Shown here in pieces: positions 48,088 to 57,020 of a stretch of DNA of 64,000 nucleotides (position 1 is its first letter; each line of letters opens with the position of its first letter). Where the stretch lies: the NCBI GenBank assembly GCA_013153715.1, contig JAADDW010000013.1, forward strand, positions 28,765-92,764, read 5' to 3'. The notes under the pieces were generated by a model, which did not search any database, was not told the origin of the DNA, and was given only the letters and a program-made list of their open reading frames with translations. Position numbers and translations under genes: made by a program. Source of the DNA: Campylobacterota bacterium (lineage in GTDB: Bacteria; Campylobacterota; Campylobacteria; Campylobacterales; Nitratiruptoraceae).

Positions 48088-48894
48088 ATGTGGCGCAGGG
48101 TCAAGGAGTTTATCGGTACCATCTACGACCCCGATATAGAGATCTACGCCTCCTCCCTCAGCTTCTATACAATCTTCTCCATCATCCCCCTCCTCCTGGT
48201 CTCCTTCACGGTCTATCTCAAATTCACCGACTTCGACCATGAGATGCTCAAGGATTTCATCCTCCACAATCTCATTCCCTCCAAGCAGGCGGAGATCAAA
48301 GGGTATATCGACCAATTTCTGGCCAACAGCTCCAAACTGGGGGTGATCGGAGTGGTCTTCATCATCTTCGCCTCCCTCATGTTCTTCCAGAACTACGAGC
48401 AGGTGGTCAACAAAATCTTCCTGACCAAGCCAAAACCGATCTTCAAGGCCATCAGCACCTACTGGACCCTCGTCACTCTGACCCCTGTGGCCCTGGCCAT
48501 CTCCATCTACCTCATCACCAAAATCCAACGCTATATCGACTCCCCCTACCTCGATCTCCTAGCCATCTTCTCCTATCTCGTCATCTGGATCCTCTTCTTC
48601 ATCAACTACCTCATCTCCATTAACCGCCGTATGACCCTGAAGAGTGTCTTCATCTCCTCCTTTGTCGCCTCCCTCATCTGGTACGGGAGTAAACTGATCT
48701 TTGTTTACTATGTCCTCTACAACAAGACCTACTCCACCCTCTACGGCTCCTTCTCCACAATCCTCTTCTTCTTCCTCTGGATCTACATTTCGTGGCTTAT
48801 CTACCTCTACGGTGTCAAGCTATGTTACATAATGAACCGCGAGAACTATTTCCACGATGAGGAGTATGCCGACGATCCAATGTTTATAGATTGA
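48088..48894 (+). CDS. YihY/BrkB-family membrane protein
   Basis: 268 aa with the N-terminal SLSFYTIFSIIPLLL motif typical of YihY, and about 6 TM helices. Confidence 0.78.
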   Translation: MWRRVKEFIGTIYDPDIEIYASSLSFYTIFSIIPLLLVSFTVYLKFTDFDHEMLKDFILHNLIPSKQAEIKGYIDQFLANSSKLGVIGVVFIIFASLMFFQNYEQVVNKIFLTKPKPIFKAISTYWTLVTLTPVALAISIYLITKIQRYIDSPYLDLLAIFSYLVIWILFFINYLISINRRMTLKSVFISSFVASLIWYGSKLIFVYYVLYNKTYSTLYGSFSTILFFFLWIYISWLIYLYGVKLCYIMNRENYFHDEEYADDPMFID

Positions 48895-50055
48895 GAGGAG
48901 ACTCCCGAGGAGCCAGAGCCAGAGGAACCAGCGGGGGAGGTGGAGTTCCACCACTCCAATATCGTTGTGGAGGAGGGAGACAATGGGGTCCAGAAGACCT
49001 CCAACTCCCAGGAGATGGAGGAGGAGGGCGATGAGGTAGAAAGGGGGGAAGAGGAGGGAGATGAGGGGGGAGAGTAACTGCCACCAGCTGAAGAGTCCAA
49101 AGATGGTGAGGGTGACGGGGGAGATCATGAGATAGACCCAGAAGTTGAGGGCGACCAGCTGGAACCAGAGGGGGAGTCTCCTGTAGTGGTGGAGGAAGAG
49201 GTAGATAGAGAAGACTCCGGCCACGGAGAGCCAGAAGCCCAGGGAAAAGAGGAATTGGGGGTAGAGGGCGACGACGGCAGTGGCCACCCAGCCGAGGAGC
49301 TCGAAACTGAGGAGTTGGATGTGGCGGTCGTAGAGCCAGAAGGCGGCCAGACTGAGGGCAAAGGCTCTCACAAGGGAGGGTATCTCTCCGACAAAGAGGA
49401 GGTACCCCAGAGCTACGGCAAATCCTCCCACCATCGAGAGTTTGCGGAGGTGGATGAAGGGACAACACCGCTGGAAGAGGGGACGGAGAAGGGTAAAGGT
49501 GAAGAGGGTCACAGCCCCGATAATGATAGTGAGGTGGAGCCCACTGATGGCCACAAGGTGGGAGAGTCCCAGGGCGGAGAGCCGTTCCCGGAGCTCCTTG
49601 GAGAGGGAGGTGGCGAGGAAGAGGGCCCCAAAGAGTTCCTGGCCGTAGGGATCCCTATGTTGCCGGGCAATCATCTCCTTGAGGAGGAAGCGCCTATCCT
49701 TGGGAAGGACCTCCTCAATATAGCTGACCCAGTAACTCCCCTTGAGGAAGTCGAGGAAGGAGGGGGTGCGGCGGGTTCTGATGATCATGACCCGAACCCT
49801 CCTATCTCGGAGATCCTTGATCTCCTCCCTGGTAGAGGTATAGAAGGTGAAATGGGGGGTCCGGAGCTTCAGGATCTCTCTCCCATCTTTGGTATACTGG
49901 TTGACGACAACCGCTTCGGTATGGAAGAAACGGCTCTGGAGGAGCTCCCTGTAGTGGGAGTAGTCGAGGGCGAGGGAGATGGAGGCGATGAAGAGGAGAA
50001 GGGAGAGGAAGAGGAGCCTCTCCTTGAAGGAGGTAAAGAGGGGGAGGCGCTCCAT
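48820..50055 (-). CDS. comEC: ComEC/Rec2-family DNA uptake channel (short form, no metallo-beta-lactamase domain)
   Basis: Competence-domain signature LGLSHLVAISGLHLTIIIG. A polytopic 411-aa protein. Confidence 0.85.
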   Translation of the reverse strand: MERLPLFTSFKERLLFLSLLLFIASISLALDYSHYRELLQSRFFHTEAVVVNQYTKDGREILKLRTPHFTFYTSTREEIKDLRDRRVRVMIIRTRRTPSFLDFLKGSYWVSYIEEVLPKDRRFLLKEMIARQHRDPYGQELFGALFLATSLSKELRERLSALGLSHLVAISGLHLTIIIGAVTLFTFTLLRPLFQRCCPFIHLRKLSMVGGFAVALGYLLFVGEIPSLVRAFALSLAAFWLYDRHIQLLSFELLGWVATAVVALYPQFLFSLGFWLSVAGVFSIYLFLHHYRRLPLWFQLVALNFWVYLMISPVTLTIFGLFSWWQLLSPLISLLFPPFYLIALLLHLLGVGGLLDPIVSLLHNDIGVVELHLPRWFLWLWLLGSLLSIYKHWIVGILLIVEIVLAVHYVT

Positions 50056-51479
50056 CAGATGTGGGGAGGGGTGATCTCCAACTTACTCTCCCTCATCTCA
50101 TAATCCCGATTAATCTCGGTGGCCTCTTCAGCAAATTTGACAAACTCTTTGTGGAAGTAGAGCTTCACAACTCCTGTCGGTCCATTCCTCTGTTTCCCAA
50201 TAATGATCTCTGCCTCCTCAATCTTCTTCTCCCGAAACCCCTCTATATCGGGGGGCTTGAGCCCCTTCTCCGCCGCCTCTTTCTCCTTCTGCTTCAGCTC
50301 CTTCAGCCGGTAGACATCGTCCCGGTAGACAAAGAGGATGAGGTCGGCATCCTGTTCGATGGCCCCAGACTCCCTGAGGTCCGAGAGCATGGGGCGTTTA
50401 TCCGGCCGACTCTCCAGGGAGCGGTTGAGCTGGGAGAGGGCGATAATGGGCATCTCCAGCTCCCGGGCCAGGAGTTTGAGGTTCCTCGAAATCTCACTGA
50501 TCTCCAGATGGCGATCTTTCCCTCCACTCCCCCCCATGAGCTGGAGGTAGTCAACGATGGCCAGCTCCACCTCTGGGTGTTGGGATTTGAGTTTCCTCAA
50601 CCGGGCCCGGAGCTGGTGGATATTGAGGACCCCCTCATCGTCGATGAAGAGGGAGCTGTTGGAGTACTCATCACTCAGTTTGGAGACCTCGCTCCACTCT
50701 ATGTCGTTGAGGCTCCCCGTCCTCAACCTCTGGAGGGGGATCGAGGCCTTGGCCGAGATCATCCTCATCATGAGCTGTTCGGCAGGCATTTCGAGGGAGA
50801 AGATGGCCACTCCCTTCTTCTGGTTGAGGACCGCCTGGGCGATATTGAGGCTGAAGGCGGTCTTTCCCATGGAGGGGCGGGCCGCAATGATAATCAGATC
50901 TCCGGGGTTGAAACCGGCCGTCTTGATATTGAGCTCGTGGAAGCCCGTATCGAGGCCTGTGAGAATGGAGTTTCCCCGCTCCTTCATTTTGAGGAGGTGT
51001 CTGAGGGTCTCCTCCATCACCTTTCGGGAATCCTTAAAGTCGCTGGAACTGGTCTCGTTGGTGATCCTGTAGAGTTTGGACTGGATCTCGTCGATGAGAT
51101 CCACGGCGGGAAGGTTCTCCTCCAAGGTGACCCTCTTGATCTCTGTCGCCAGGTGGAGGAGCTCCCGCTTGACAGACTTCTCTTTGATCTCCCGGACATA
51201 GGCGGCTGTATTGGAGATCGGATTGGCGGCCAGAATCTCGGCATAGAGCTCCCCATTAAAGAGCTTCTTGGCCACGAGTCTCTCCTTGACAAAGTCCTCG
51301 TCGATGGGGAGCCCCTCCCTCTCCAGCTCCTCCATGGCCTCGAAGACCACCCTGTGGAAAGGGTGGTAGAAATCCTTGGCTTCGAGGGTCGCCGCTACCT
51401 CCTCAAAATTCTGGGGATCGAAGATGATGGAAGCGAGGACGGCCCGCTCCATATTCAGATTGTATAGATGGCTCTCCAC
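50055..51479 (-). CDS. dnaB: Replicative DNA helicase DnaB
   Basis: Walker A ARPSMGKTAFSLN, Walker B region LAIVDYLQLM, and motif SQLNRSLE. 474 aa. Confidence 0.95.
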   Translation of the reverse strand: MESHLYNLNMERAVLASIIFDPQNFEEVAATLEAKDFYHPFHRVVFEAMEELEREGLPIDEDFVKERLVAKKLFNGELYAEILAANPISNTAAYVREIKEKSVKRELLHLATEIKRVTLEENLPAVDLIDEIQSKLYRITNETSSSDFKDSRKVMEETLRHLLKMKERGNSILTGLDTGFHELNIKTAGFNPGDLIIIAARPSMGKTAFSLNIAQAVLNQKKGVAIFSLEMPAEQLMMRMISAKASIPLQRLRTGSLNDIEWSEVSKLSDEYSNSSLFIDDEGVLNIHQLRARLRKLKSQHPEVELAIVDYLQLMGGSGGKDRHLEISEISRNLKLLARELEMPIIALSQLNRSLESRPDKRPMLSDLRESGAIEQDADLILFVYRDDVYRLKELKQKEKEAAEKGLKPPDIEGFREKKIEEAEIIIGKQRNGPTGVVKLYFHKEFVKFAEEATEINRDYEMRESKLEITPPHI

Positions 51480-51504
51480 ATACTCCCTTTCTCTCTATTC
51501 TACC

Positions 51505-52572
51505 CTATTTTCCTGAAGACCTCTTCCGAGCCATCTTCTCCACCTCATGGAGGAAACGGTCCACCAGCTCCTCCTCAGGGAGTTTGGCCACAACCTCCCC
51601 CTCCACCATGATGAGACCGCTCCCCTTCCCATAGGCGATGGCTACATCGGCATGCTTCGCCTCCCCGATGGCGTTGACAGCGCACCCCATCACCGAAACG
51701 GTGAGAGGGGTCTTGATGTGGCGGGTCCGCTCCTCCACCTCAGCCACAGCCTTGACCAGATCGGCCTCAATTCTCCCACAGGTGGGACAGGAGATGATAT
51801 TGAGCCCCTCACGGGCAACTCCCGCATCCTTCAGAATGGCCCTCCCCACCTCTACCTCCTTCTCCAGCTCCCCTGTCAGGGAGACCCGAAGGGTATCGCC
51901 AATTCCGTCGAGGAGGAGGGATCCGATGCCGATGGCACTCTTTATAGTCCCGTGGAAGAGGGTTCCCGCCTCAGTCACACCAAGGTGAAAGGGGTAGGGG
52001 ACGAGGGGGCGCAACTTCCTATAGGCCTCTACCGTCCTCGGGACATCGCTGGCCTTCATGCTCACCTTAATATCGGTGAAATCCAGATCCTCCAAGAGCC
52101 GAATATGGTAGAGGGCGCTCTGGACCATGGCTTCGGCCGTCGCCCCATATCTCCCCTCGATCTCCCTTTCGAGGCTTCCGGCATTGATCCCGATCCGAAT
52201 AGGGATACTCCGCTCCTTGCAGGCCTTGACAACCTCCCTAATCCGCTTTTTGGAGCCGATATTCCCCGGATTGATCCGGATACAGTCTACTACCTCTGCC
52301 GCAATGAGGGCGAGCCGATAGTTAAAGTGAATATCGGCCACTATCGGGAGGGGGCTCCGCTCCTTAATCTCCTTGAGGGCCCGGGCATCCTCTTCCTCGG
52401 GAACGGCCACCCGCACAATGTCGCACCCTGCAAAGTGGAGTCTCTTGATCTGTTCCACCGTCTCCGCCACATCGGCCGTCCGGCTGAAGGTCATAGATTG
52501 GACAGAGATAGGGGCACCTCCCCCTACAGCCACACCGCCTACATGGATCTGTTTTGTCGGATACCGTTCCAT
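51505..52572 (-). CDS. ispG: 4-hydroxy-3-methylbut-2-en-1-yl diphosphate synthase
   Basis: Contains [12 protein letters not shown] and RINPGNIG, with FeS cysteines in ISCPTCGR and [11 protein letters not shown]. 355 aa. Confidence 0.95.
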   Translation of the reverse strand: MERYPTKQIHVGGVAVGGGAPISVQSMTFSRTADVAETVEQIKRLHFAGCDIVRVAVPEEEDARALKEIKERSPLPIVADIHFNYRLALIAAEVVDCIRINPGNIGSKKRIREVVKACKERSIPIRIGINAGSLEREIEGRYGATAEAMVQSALYHIRLLEDLDFTDIKVSMKASDVPRTVEAYRKLRPLVPYPFHLGVTEAGTLFHGTIKSAIGIGSLLLDGIGDTLRVSLTGELEKEVEVGRAILKDAGVAREGLNIISCPTCGRIEADLVKAVAEVEERTRHIKTPLTVSVMGCAVNAIGEAKHADVAIAYGKGSGLIMVEGEVVAKLPEEELVDRFLHEVEKMARKRSSGK

Positions 52573-52605
52573 GGGGCTCCTCAGTTGTGGTTTGGAGCAA
52601 TTATA

Positions 52606-54441
52606 TCACGCCAGATCGACGGGATCAATATCGACCTCACAGAGGCTGTTCCTACTCCCGTAGATCCCCTGGAGGAGCTTCTTGATAGAGGGGGACCGGA
52701 TCAGAATATGGTACCGGTATCTGCCGGCGATCCTCTCTATGGGGCTCTTGCCATAGCCGACAATTTCGACATCAAAATTCCTCAACCTTCCGAGAACCTC
52801 CTCCATAGCCTCCCGAGCCCTCTCCTCCCTCTTGTGGGTGAAGAGGAGCCTGGCCAACCTCATGGAAGGAGGATAGAGCCCCCTTCTGAGCTCCAACTCA
52901 TTCTTGACAAACTCCTCGTAGTCCCTGAAGCTCTCGAAGAACTCCCTCTGTTTTGTCTGGACAATCACATCGCCCCTCTCCCCCCTCCTCCCCGCCCGTC
53001 CGGCCACCTGGAGGAAGAGGCTCAAGGCCCTCTCCCGTGCCCGGTAATCTGCCATAGCGAGGAGGTAATCTATCCCCATAACCACTGTAAGGGCCAGATC
53101 GGGGTAGTCGTGGCCCTTGGAGAGCATCTGGGTCCCGACAAGAATGTCGATCTCCCTCCTGCTGAAGGCCTGGAGGGTCTCTCTCAACTGCCTATGGGTC
53201 TTGATCCGATCCCTATCGAAACGGCCTATGGAGAGAGAGGGGAAGAGCTCCTTCAATCGATCGCCCACCTCCTTTGTCCCGAGGCGGTTGGCAGAGAGAT
53301 CGGAGGAGCCACAGGAGGGGCAGTGGGTCGGAATGGGCTGGGCGATATTGCAGTAGTGGCAGAGCATAACCCTCCTGTCCAGGTGGAGACTCATACCCAC
53401 ATCGCAGAAGGGGCACTCAATATAGTCCCCACACCTCTGGCACTGGAGATATTTGAAGTGGCCCCGGGTCGGGAGGAAGATGATGGCCTGCTTCCCCTGG
53501 GCCACAACCCTCTCTAGATGGGAGAGGAGGGTCGGAGTGATCCCCTCCTCCCTGTCGAAGATGGTCCTATACCCCCCTCCGTGGTAACTTCCCCGGAGAC
53601 GGTAGTGGGGGAATTTTGCATAGGAGGTGACCGCAGGGGTCGCACTCCCGAGGATAACTGGAATTTTCAAGAACTTCCCCGCCATGAGGGCGAGATCTCT
53701 CCCATGGATACGGGGGCGGGAGGGGGCCTTATAGCTATCATCGTGCTCCTCATCTACCACGATGAGGCCCAGATTCTCCAGGGGGAGGGAGAGGGCACTC
53801 CTCGGTCCCGCCACAATATAGATCCTGCCGCTGTAGAGGGCTTCTAACCTCTTCTGGCGCTCCCGTCGAGTGAGTTGGCTGTGCCAGATGGCGACACTCT
53901 CTCCAAAGTACCCCCTCAACCTCTCCTCCATCTGGGGGGTCAGAGAGATCTCCGGCATGAGGAAGATCCCCCGTTCCCCCCTCTGGAGAACCTGCTGGAA
54001 GAGGGAGATGTAGATCTCCGTCTTTCCACTCCCCGTATCGCCAAAGAGGAGGGCCCTCTTCTGGGAGAGGAGAAAGTTGGCCGCCTCCTGTTGCTGGGGT
54101 GTCAGGGTGGGAGAGTCCAAAATCTCTGGCGGAGGGGGTTCTCCCTCCTGGGAGGGAAAGGGGGCTGGAATGAAGAGGGCAAAGGCCTCTCCCAGAGAGG
54201 AGAGATAGTAGGTAGAGATGAAATGGGCCATCTTCCGCTGGAGATCCCGATACCTATATCCCTCTCTCCGGAGGATGGGGAGAGAGGGGTAGGGAGGCTC
54301 TTCCACCTCACCAATGACGACCCCCCTCTTCTCTACCCCCTTGAGAGTGACGGTGACAACCTCCCCCACCGTGAGGGGGAAGTCGCTCTTGTAGGTCAGG
54401 GTGAGTGGGGATTTGAGGATCGCTATGGAGTAGTAGGTCAT
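52606..54441 (-). CDS. priA: Primosomal protein N' (PriA helicase)
   Basis: Walker A GDTGSGKTE, DEEHD box, and Zn-binding Cys cluster (CQRCG...CPFCD...CHYC...CPSCG). I prefer ATG 54441, which forms an ATGA overlap with the upstream pilin gene stop, over GTG 54459. Confidence 0.92.
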   Translation of the reverse strand: MTYYSIAILKSPLTLTYKSDFPLTVGEVVTVTLKGVEKRGVVIGEVEEPPYPSLPILRREGYRYRDLQRKMAHFISTYYLSSLGEAFALFIPAPFPSQEGEPPPPEILDSPTLTPQQQEAANFLLSQKRALLFGDTGSGKTEIYISLFQQVLQRGERGIFLMPEISLTPQMEERLRGYFGESVAIWHSQLTRRERQKRLEALYSGRIYIVAGPRSALSLPLENLGLIVVDEEHDDSYKAPSRPRIHGRDLALMAGKFLKIPVILGSATPAVTSYAKFPHYRLRGSYHGGGYRTIFDREEGITPTLLSHLERVVAQGKQAIIFLPTRGHFKYLQCQRCGDYIECPFCDVGMSLHLDRRVMLCHYCNIAQPIPTHCPSCGSSDLSANRLGTKEVGDRLKELFPSLSIGRFDRDRIKTHRQLRETLQAFSRREIDILVGTQMLSKGHDYPDLALTVVMGIDYLLAMADYRARERALSLFLQVAGRAGRRGERGDVIVQTKQREFFESFRDYEEFVKNELELRRGLYPPSMRLARLLFTHKREERAREAMEEVLGRLRNFDVEIVGYGKSPIERIAGRYRYHILIRSPSIKKLLQGIYGSRNSLCEVDIDPVDLA

Positions 54442-54893
54442 TGGGTCAGGAGCTGACACCCCTTTTGTGAGTGGTCGCAGTCAAATTTCCCACTGCTCCC
54501 GTCGTAGGTAAACTCCACATCCCCATCTGAGAGGATATATTTATACTTATTCTTGCTGACCTTCATCCAGTGGCCAGCGGCATTCTTTGAATAGATAGGG
54601 TAGGCGAGGAGGGGATACTCTTTACTCCCTGTAAAGAGTGGCTCATTCTCACTCCCTGCGGCCGCATCGTCCAACTCATCTGGGTAGGGAGAGGCCTCCC
54701 CTTTCAGAATTCTCACATTCTTGACGGCGAGAATGGCGGCCCTGACAGCGGCCACATCATTTCTCCCCTTTGTGATGATGGCATCATCCCGCGTCACCCA
54801 GAGTTTGGGCATGGCGACAGCCGCAAGAATACCCAAGATGACGATAACCACTATAAGTTCAATGAGTGTGAAACCCTCTCTACATCTTAACAA
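54438..54893 (-). CDS. Prepilin-type N-terminal cleavage/methylation domain protein (pseudopilin)
   Basis: MLRCREG|FTLIELIVVIVILGILAAVAMP is a class III signal with Glu+5. TTG start. 151 aa. Confidence 0.8.
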   Translation of the reverse strand: MLRCREGFTLIELIVVIVILGILAAVAMPKLWVTRDDAIITKGRNDVAAVRAAILAVKNVRILKGEASPYPDELDDAAAGSENEPLFTGSKEYPLLAYPIYSKNAAGHWMKVSKNKYKYILSDGDVEFTYDGSSGKFDCDHSQKGCQLLTQ

Positions 54894-55356
54894 AGCGCCC
54901 CCTTAACTGTACAGGATATCCCCTCATATTGATTCCCCTCTGAACCCCTCGACAGACCCTATCTTCCTGATGGTCTCCAAATTCTATGGAGAGATCAAAT
55001 CCCCTAGGGGTCCTCTCCACCTTCAAGATGACACACTCCTCTACTTCGCCGGCCCTGAAGAGGGCCCTCCTGCCGGGTATATCGACTCTGATAGAGCCTT
55101 GACTCGCCCCCTCCAGAATGGTATGGGACATCTGGCTCAGATCGTCCTCCACACGCATCTGGGAGAAGGCGTAGGTCACAATCTCATCTGTAGCTACTTT
55201 GATGAGGTAGAGGCTCTTGGAGATCTGAGCCTCTTCGTCCAGCCCCATGAGCCTCGGGAGGGCATTGGCGGCGAGGATACCGAGGATCGTTATGATCAGG
55301 ACCAGCTCCCACATTCTGGTGAGACCGACAGCGGTCCCCCCCTCAACTCGCCCCAT
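54880..55356 (-). CDS. Pilin-like protein with degenerate class III signal
   Basis: The N-terminal helix MWELVLIITILGILAANALPRL resembles a pilin helix, but the G/FTLIE cleavage motif is absent. RBS AAAAGGGGGG. 158 aa. Confidence 0.55.
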   Translation of the reverse strand: MGRVEGGTAVGLTRMWELVLIITILGILAANALPRLMGLDEEAQISKSLYLIKVATDEIVTYAFSQMRVEDDLSQMSHTILEGASQGSIRVDIPGRRALFRAGEVEECVILKVERTPRGFDLSIEFGDHQEDRVCRGVQRGINMRGYPVQLRGRFVKM

Positions 55357-55389
55357 AGGCCCCCCTTTTTCAAGAGAAGGGGGAGAGTA

Positions 55390-55833
55390 CTAGTAAGTAA
55401 CTCCCTGTCCCTTGATCTGAATGGTCACCTCTTTGACCAACTGCTTCACACCCTGGCAGACATCTCCATCACCGCCTTCATGGCTAATCACGAGGTTCTT
55501 GTCGTCTGACCAGTCAAAGGTGATACAATCCTCTTTGTCTCCATCATTTGTTTCGGCTTTGAAAGTGACTGTCTTACTTCCGATGGTCGCACTCCCTTCG
55601 GCTTCCATCTCTGTAATGACATTGGACATATCGGCACCACTATCTTCAAATTTTCCCGTAGCTGTCACATAGCTCGCAATCTCATTCTTCGCCGTTTGGA
55701 TATTGGTAGCCAGTTGGGAGATTTTGGCGTCTGTACGAGTAGCCATGAGCTTGGGAATAGCCACTGCGGCAAGGATACCGAGAATGACGATCACGAAGAT
55801 CAACTCGATCATGGTAAAACCGCCTCGTCTCAT
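55390..55833 (-). CDS. Prepilin-type N-terminal cleavage/methylation domain protein (pilin/pseudopilin)
   Basis: MRRGG|FTMIELIFVIVILGILAAVAIPKL is a canonical class III signal. RBS AAAGGAG. 147 aa. Visibly lower GC than flanking genes. Confidence 0.85.
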   Translation of the reverse strand: MRRGGFTMIELIFVIVILGILAAVAIPKLMATRTDAKISQLATNIQTAKNEIASYVTATGKFEDSGADMSNVITEMEAEGSATIGSKTVTFKAETNDGDKEDCITFDWSDDKNLVISHEGGDGDVCQGVKQLVKEVTIQIKGQGVTY

Positions 55834-55908
55834 AGAGAGCTCCTTTAGTGTGGAATTTTTCTAGCAGGTCTTCCTGCGATTTCTATTATCGGCAGGAGGA
55901 AAATTATT

Positions 55909-56127
55909 TTAGCTTTTTTGACAATTTTTGGCAAGTTCTTTAAATTTCTGTTCAGTAAGAAAGCAGTCGTAGCACTTTTTCAGGTAGGCATGGAGCAATC
56001 TTTTGGCGCTGTTGTTGGAATTGGGGTGGAGATGTTTGGCAAATTCCCGCTCCATATAGTCTGCAAACTCATCTGACAGCTCCATTTCATACTCTTTTCC
56101 CTCTATTTGAATCTTAACTTTCTTCAA
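55909..56127 (-). CDS. Small hypothetical protein (72 aa), first gene of the pilin operon
   Basis: TTG start with GAAGGGGG upstream. Sequence MKKVKIQIEGKEYEMELSDEFADYMEREFAKHL. AT-rich compared with its neighbours. Any ZapA-like resemblance is only a loose impression. Confidence 0.5.
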   Translation of the reverse strand: MKKVKIQIEGKEYEMELSDEFADYMEREFAKHLHPNSNNSAKRLLHAYLKKCYDCFLTEQKFKELAKNCQKS

Positions 56128-56200
56128 AGAATTAACTACCCCCTTCTCGCTCCTTGACTCCTGCTCTCTCTATTTTTAAGCTCTGTTTAAACTTCGTAAA

Positions 56201-56209
56201 ATTGTAGCA
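56201..56209 (-). promoter_or_regulatory. Putative extended -10 promoter (TGCTACAAT) for the pilin operon
   Basis: The minus strand reads TTTTTTTGCTACAAT 74 nt upstream of TTG 56127. Confidence 0.4.
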
Positions 56210-56292
56210 AAAAAAGCCTTTGGGCTCGGCAAAACTGGAGCCTGGAAAGGGTGAAATCTCCTGTGGGATGGGGGAAAGGAGAGGGGAGGGAG

Positions 56293-56928
56293 TTACCCCT
56301 CCAAGGGGAGGAACTCCCCTTCACTCTCGTCGAAGTAGAGGAGTTGGCCACTCTCGATTTTGAGATACCAGCCGTGGAGGAAGAGCTCTTGGGCCTCCAC
56401 CTTCCGCCTCACTTCGGGATAGGTGAGGAGATTTTCCAACTGGAAGAGGACGGAGATCTTCTCCGTCGTTCTCAGGAGGAGCTCCCTATCTCCACTCCCC
56501 ACCTTCTGGAGGGCCGCCTCCTTGGCTTTCTGGCCTAGCTGGAGCCACCTTCTGGTGTGGATCAGACTCTCATCTTCCGGAAGCTCCTTGTAGAGGCTCT
56601 CACAGGCGCCACAGTGGCTGTGGCCACAGACAATAATATCCCGCACCTGGAGGACACTTACGGCATACTCGATGGCGGCGGCGGCCGCATGGTAGTCGTC
56701 GTCTGGCTGGAAAGGGGGGACAAAGTTACCAATATCCCTGAAGATGAAGAGGTCACCGGGAGCCGCATCTGTAATGAGATTGGGGACAACCCGGGAATCA
56801 CTGCATCCGATGAAGAGGGTCTTGGGACTCTGTCCCTTTCGGGCCAGGTCGAGAAAGAGCTCTTCATGGTCTCCCAGACGGTACTCTCTGAATCTCTTAT
56901 ACCCTTGGATGAGTCCCTTAACTTCCAT
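56293..56928 (-). CDS. can: Beta-class carbonic anhydrase
   Basis: Zn-ligand motifs FIGCSDSRV and VCGHSHCGAC. 211 aa. Confidence 0.9.
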   Translation of the reverse strand: MEVKGLIQGYKRFREYRLGDHEELFLDLARKGQSPKTLFIGCSDSRVVPNLITDAAPGDLFIFRDIGNFVPPFQPDDDYHAAAAAIEYAVSVLQVRDIIVCGHSHCGACESLYKELPEDESLIHTRRWLQLGQKAKEAALQKVGSGDRELLLRTTEKISVLFQLENLLTYPEVRRKVEAQELFLHGWYLKIESGQLLYFDESEGEFLPLEG

Positions 56929-56949
56929 ACTCTATCCTTATATTGATTA

Positions 56950-56958
56950 TGTTACAAT
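56950..56958 (+). promoter_or_regulatory. Putative extended -10 promoter (TGTTACAAT) for ppk
   Basis: TGTTACAAT lies 63 nt upstream of ATG 57021, with AAAGGGA as RBS. Confidence 0.4.
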
Positions 56959-57020
56959 CCATTTAATTCTACCACAGAGAGGGTGGAAAGTTCTCTGAAA
57001 CCTTCTTAAAAAGGGATATA

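Noticed and set aside
46675-48528. 617-aa minus-strand ORF across glcD and the yihY-like gene
   Set aside because: It is an antisense shadow of two well-supported plus-strand genes. It has the same low-complexity composition, no RBS and no motifs.
51547-53517. 656-aa plus-strand ORF across ispG and priA
   Set aside because: It is an antisense shadow ORF that spans an intergenic gap between two real minus-strand genes. The same reasoning applies to 346..1107, 13346..14737, 16625..17821, 19906..20940, 35355..36755, 50061..51467, 57912..59054, 59806..60870 and similar track entries.
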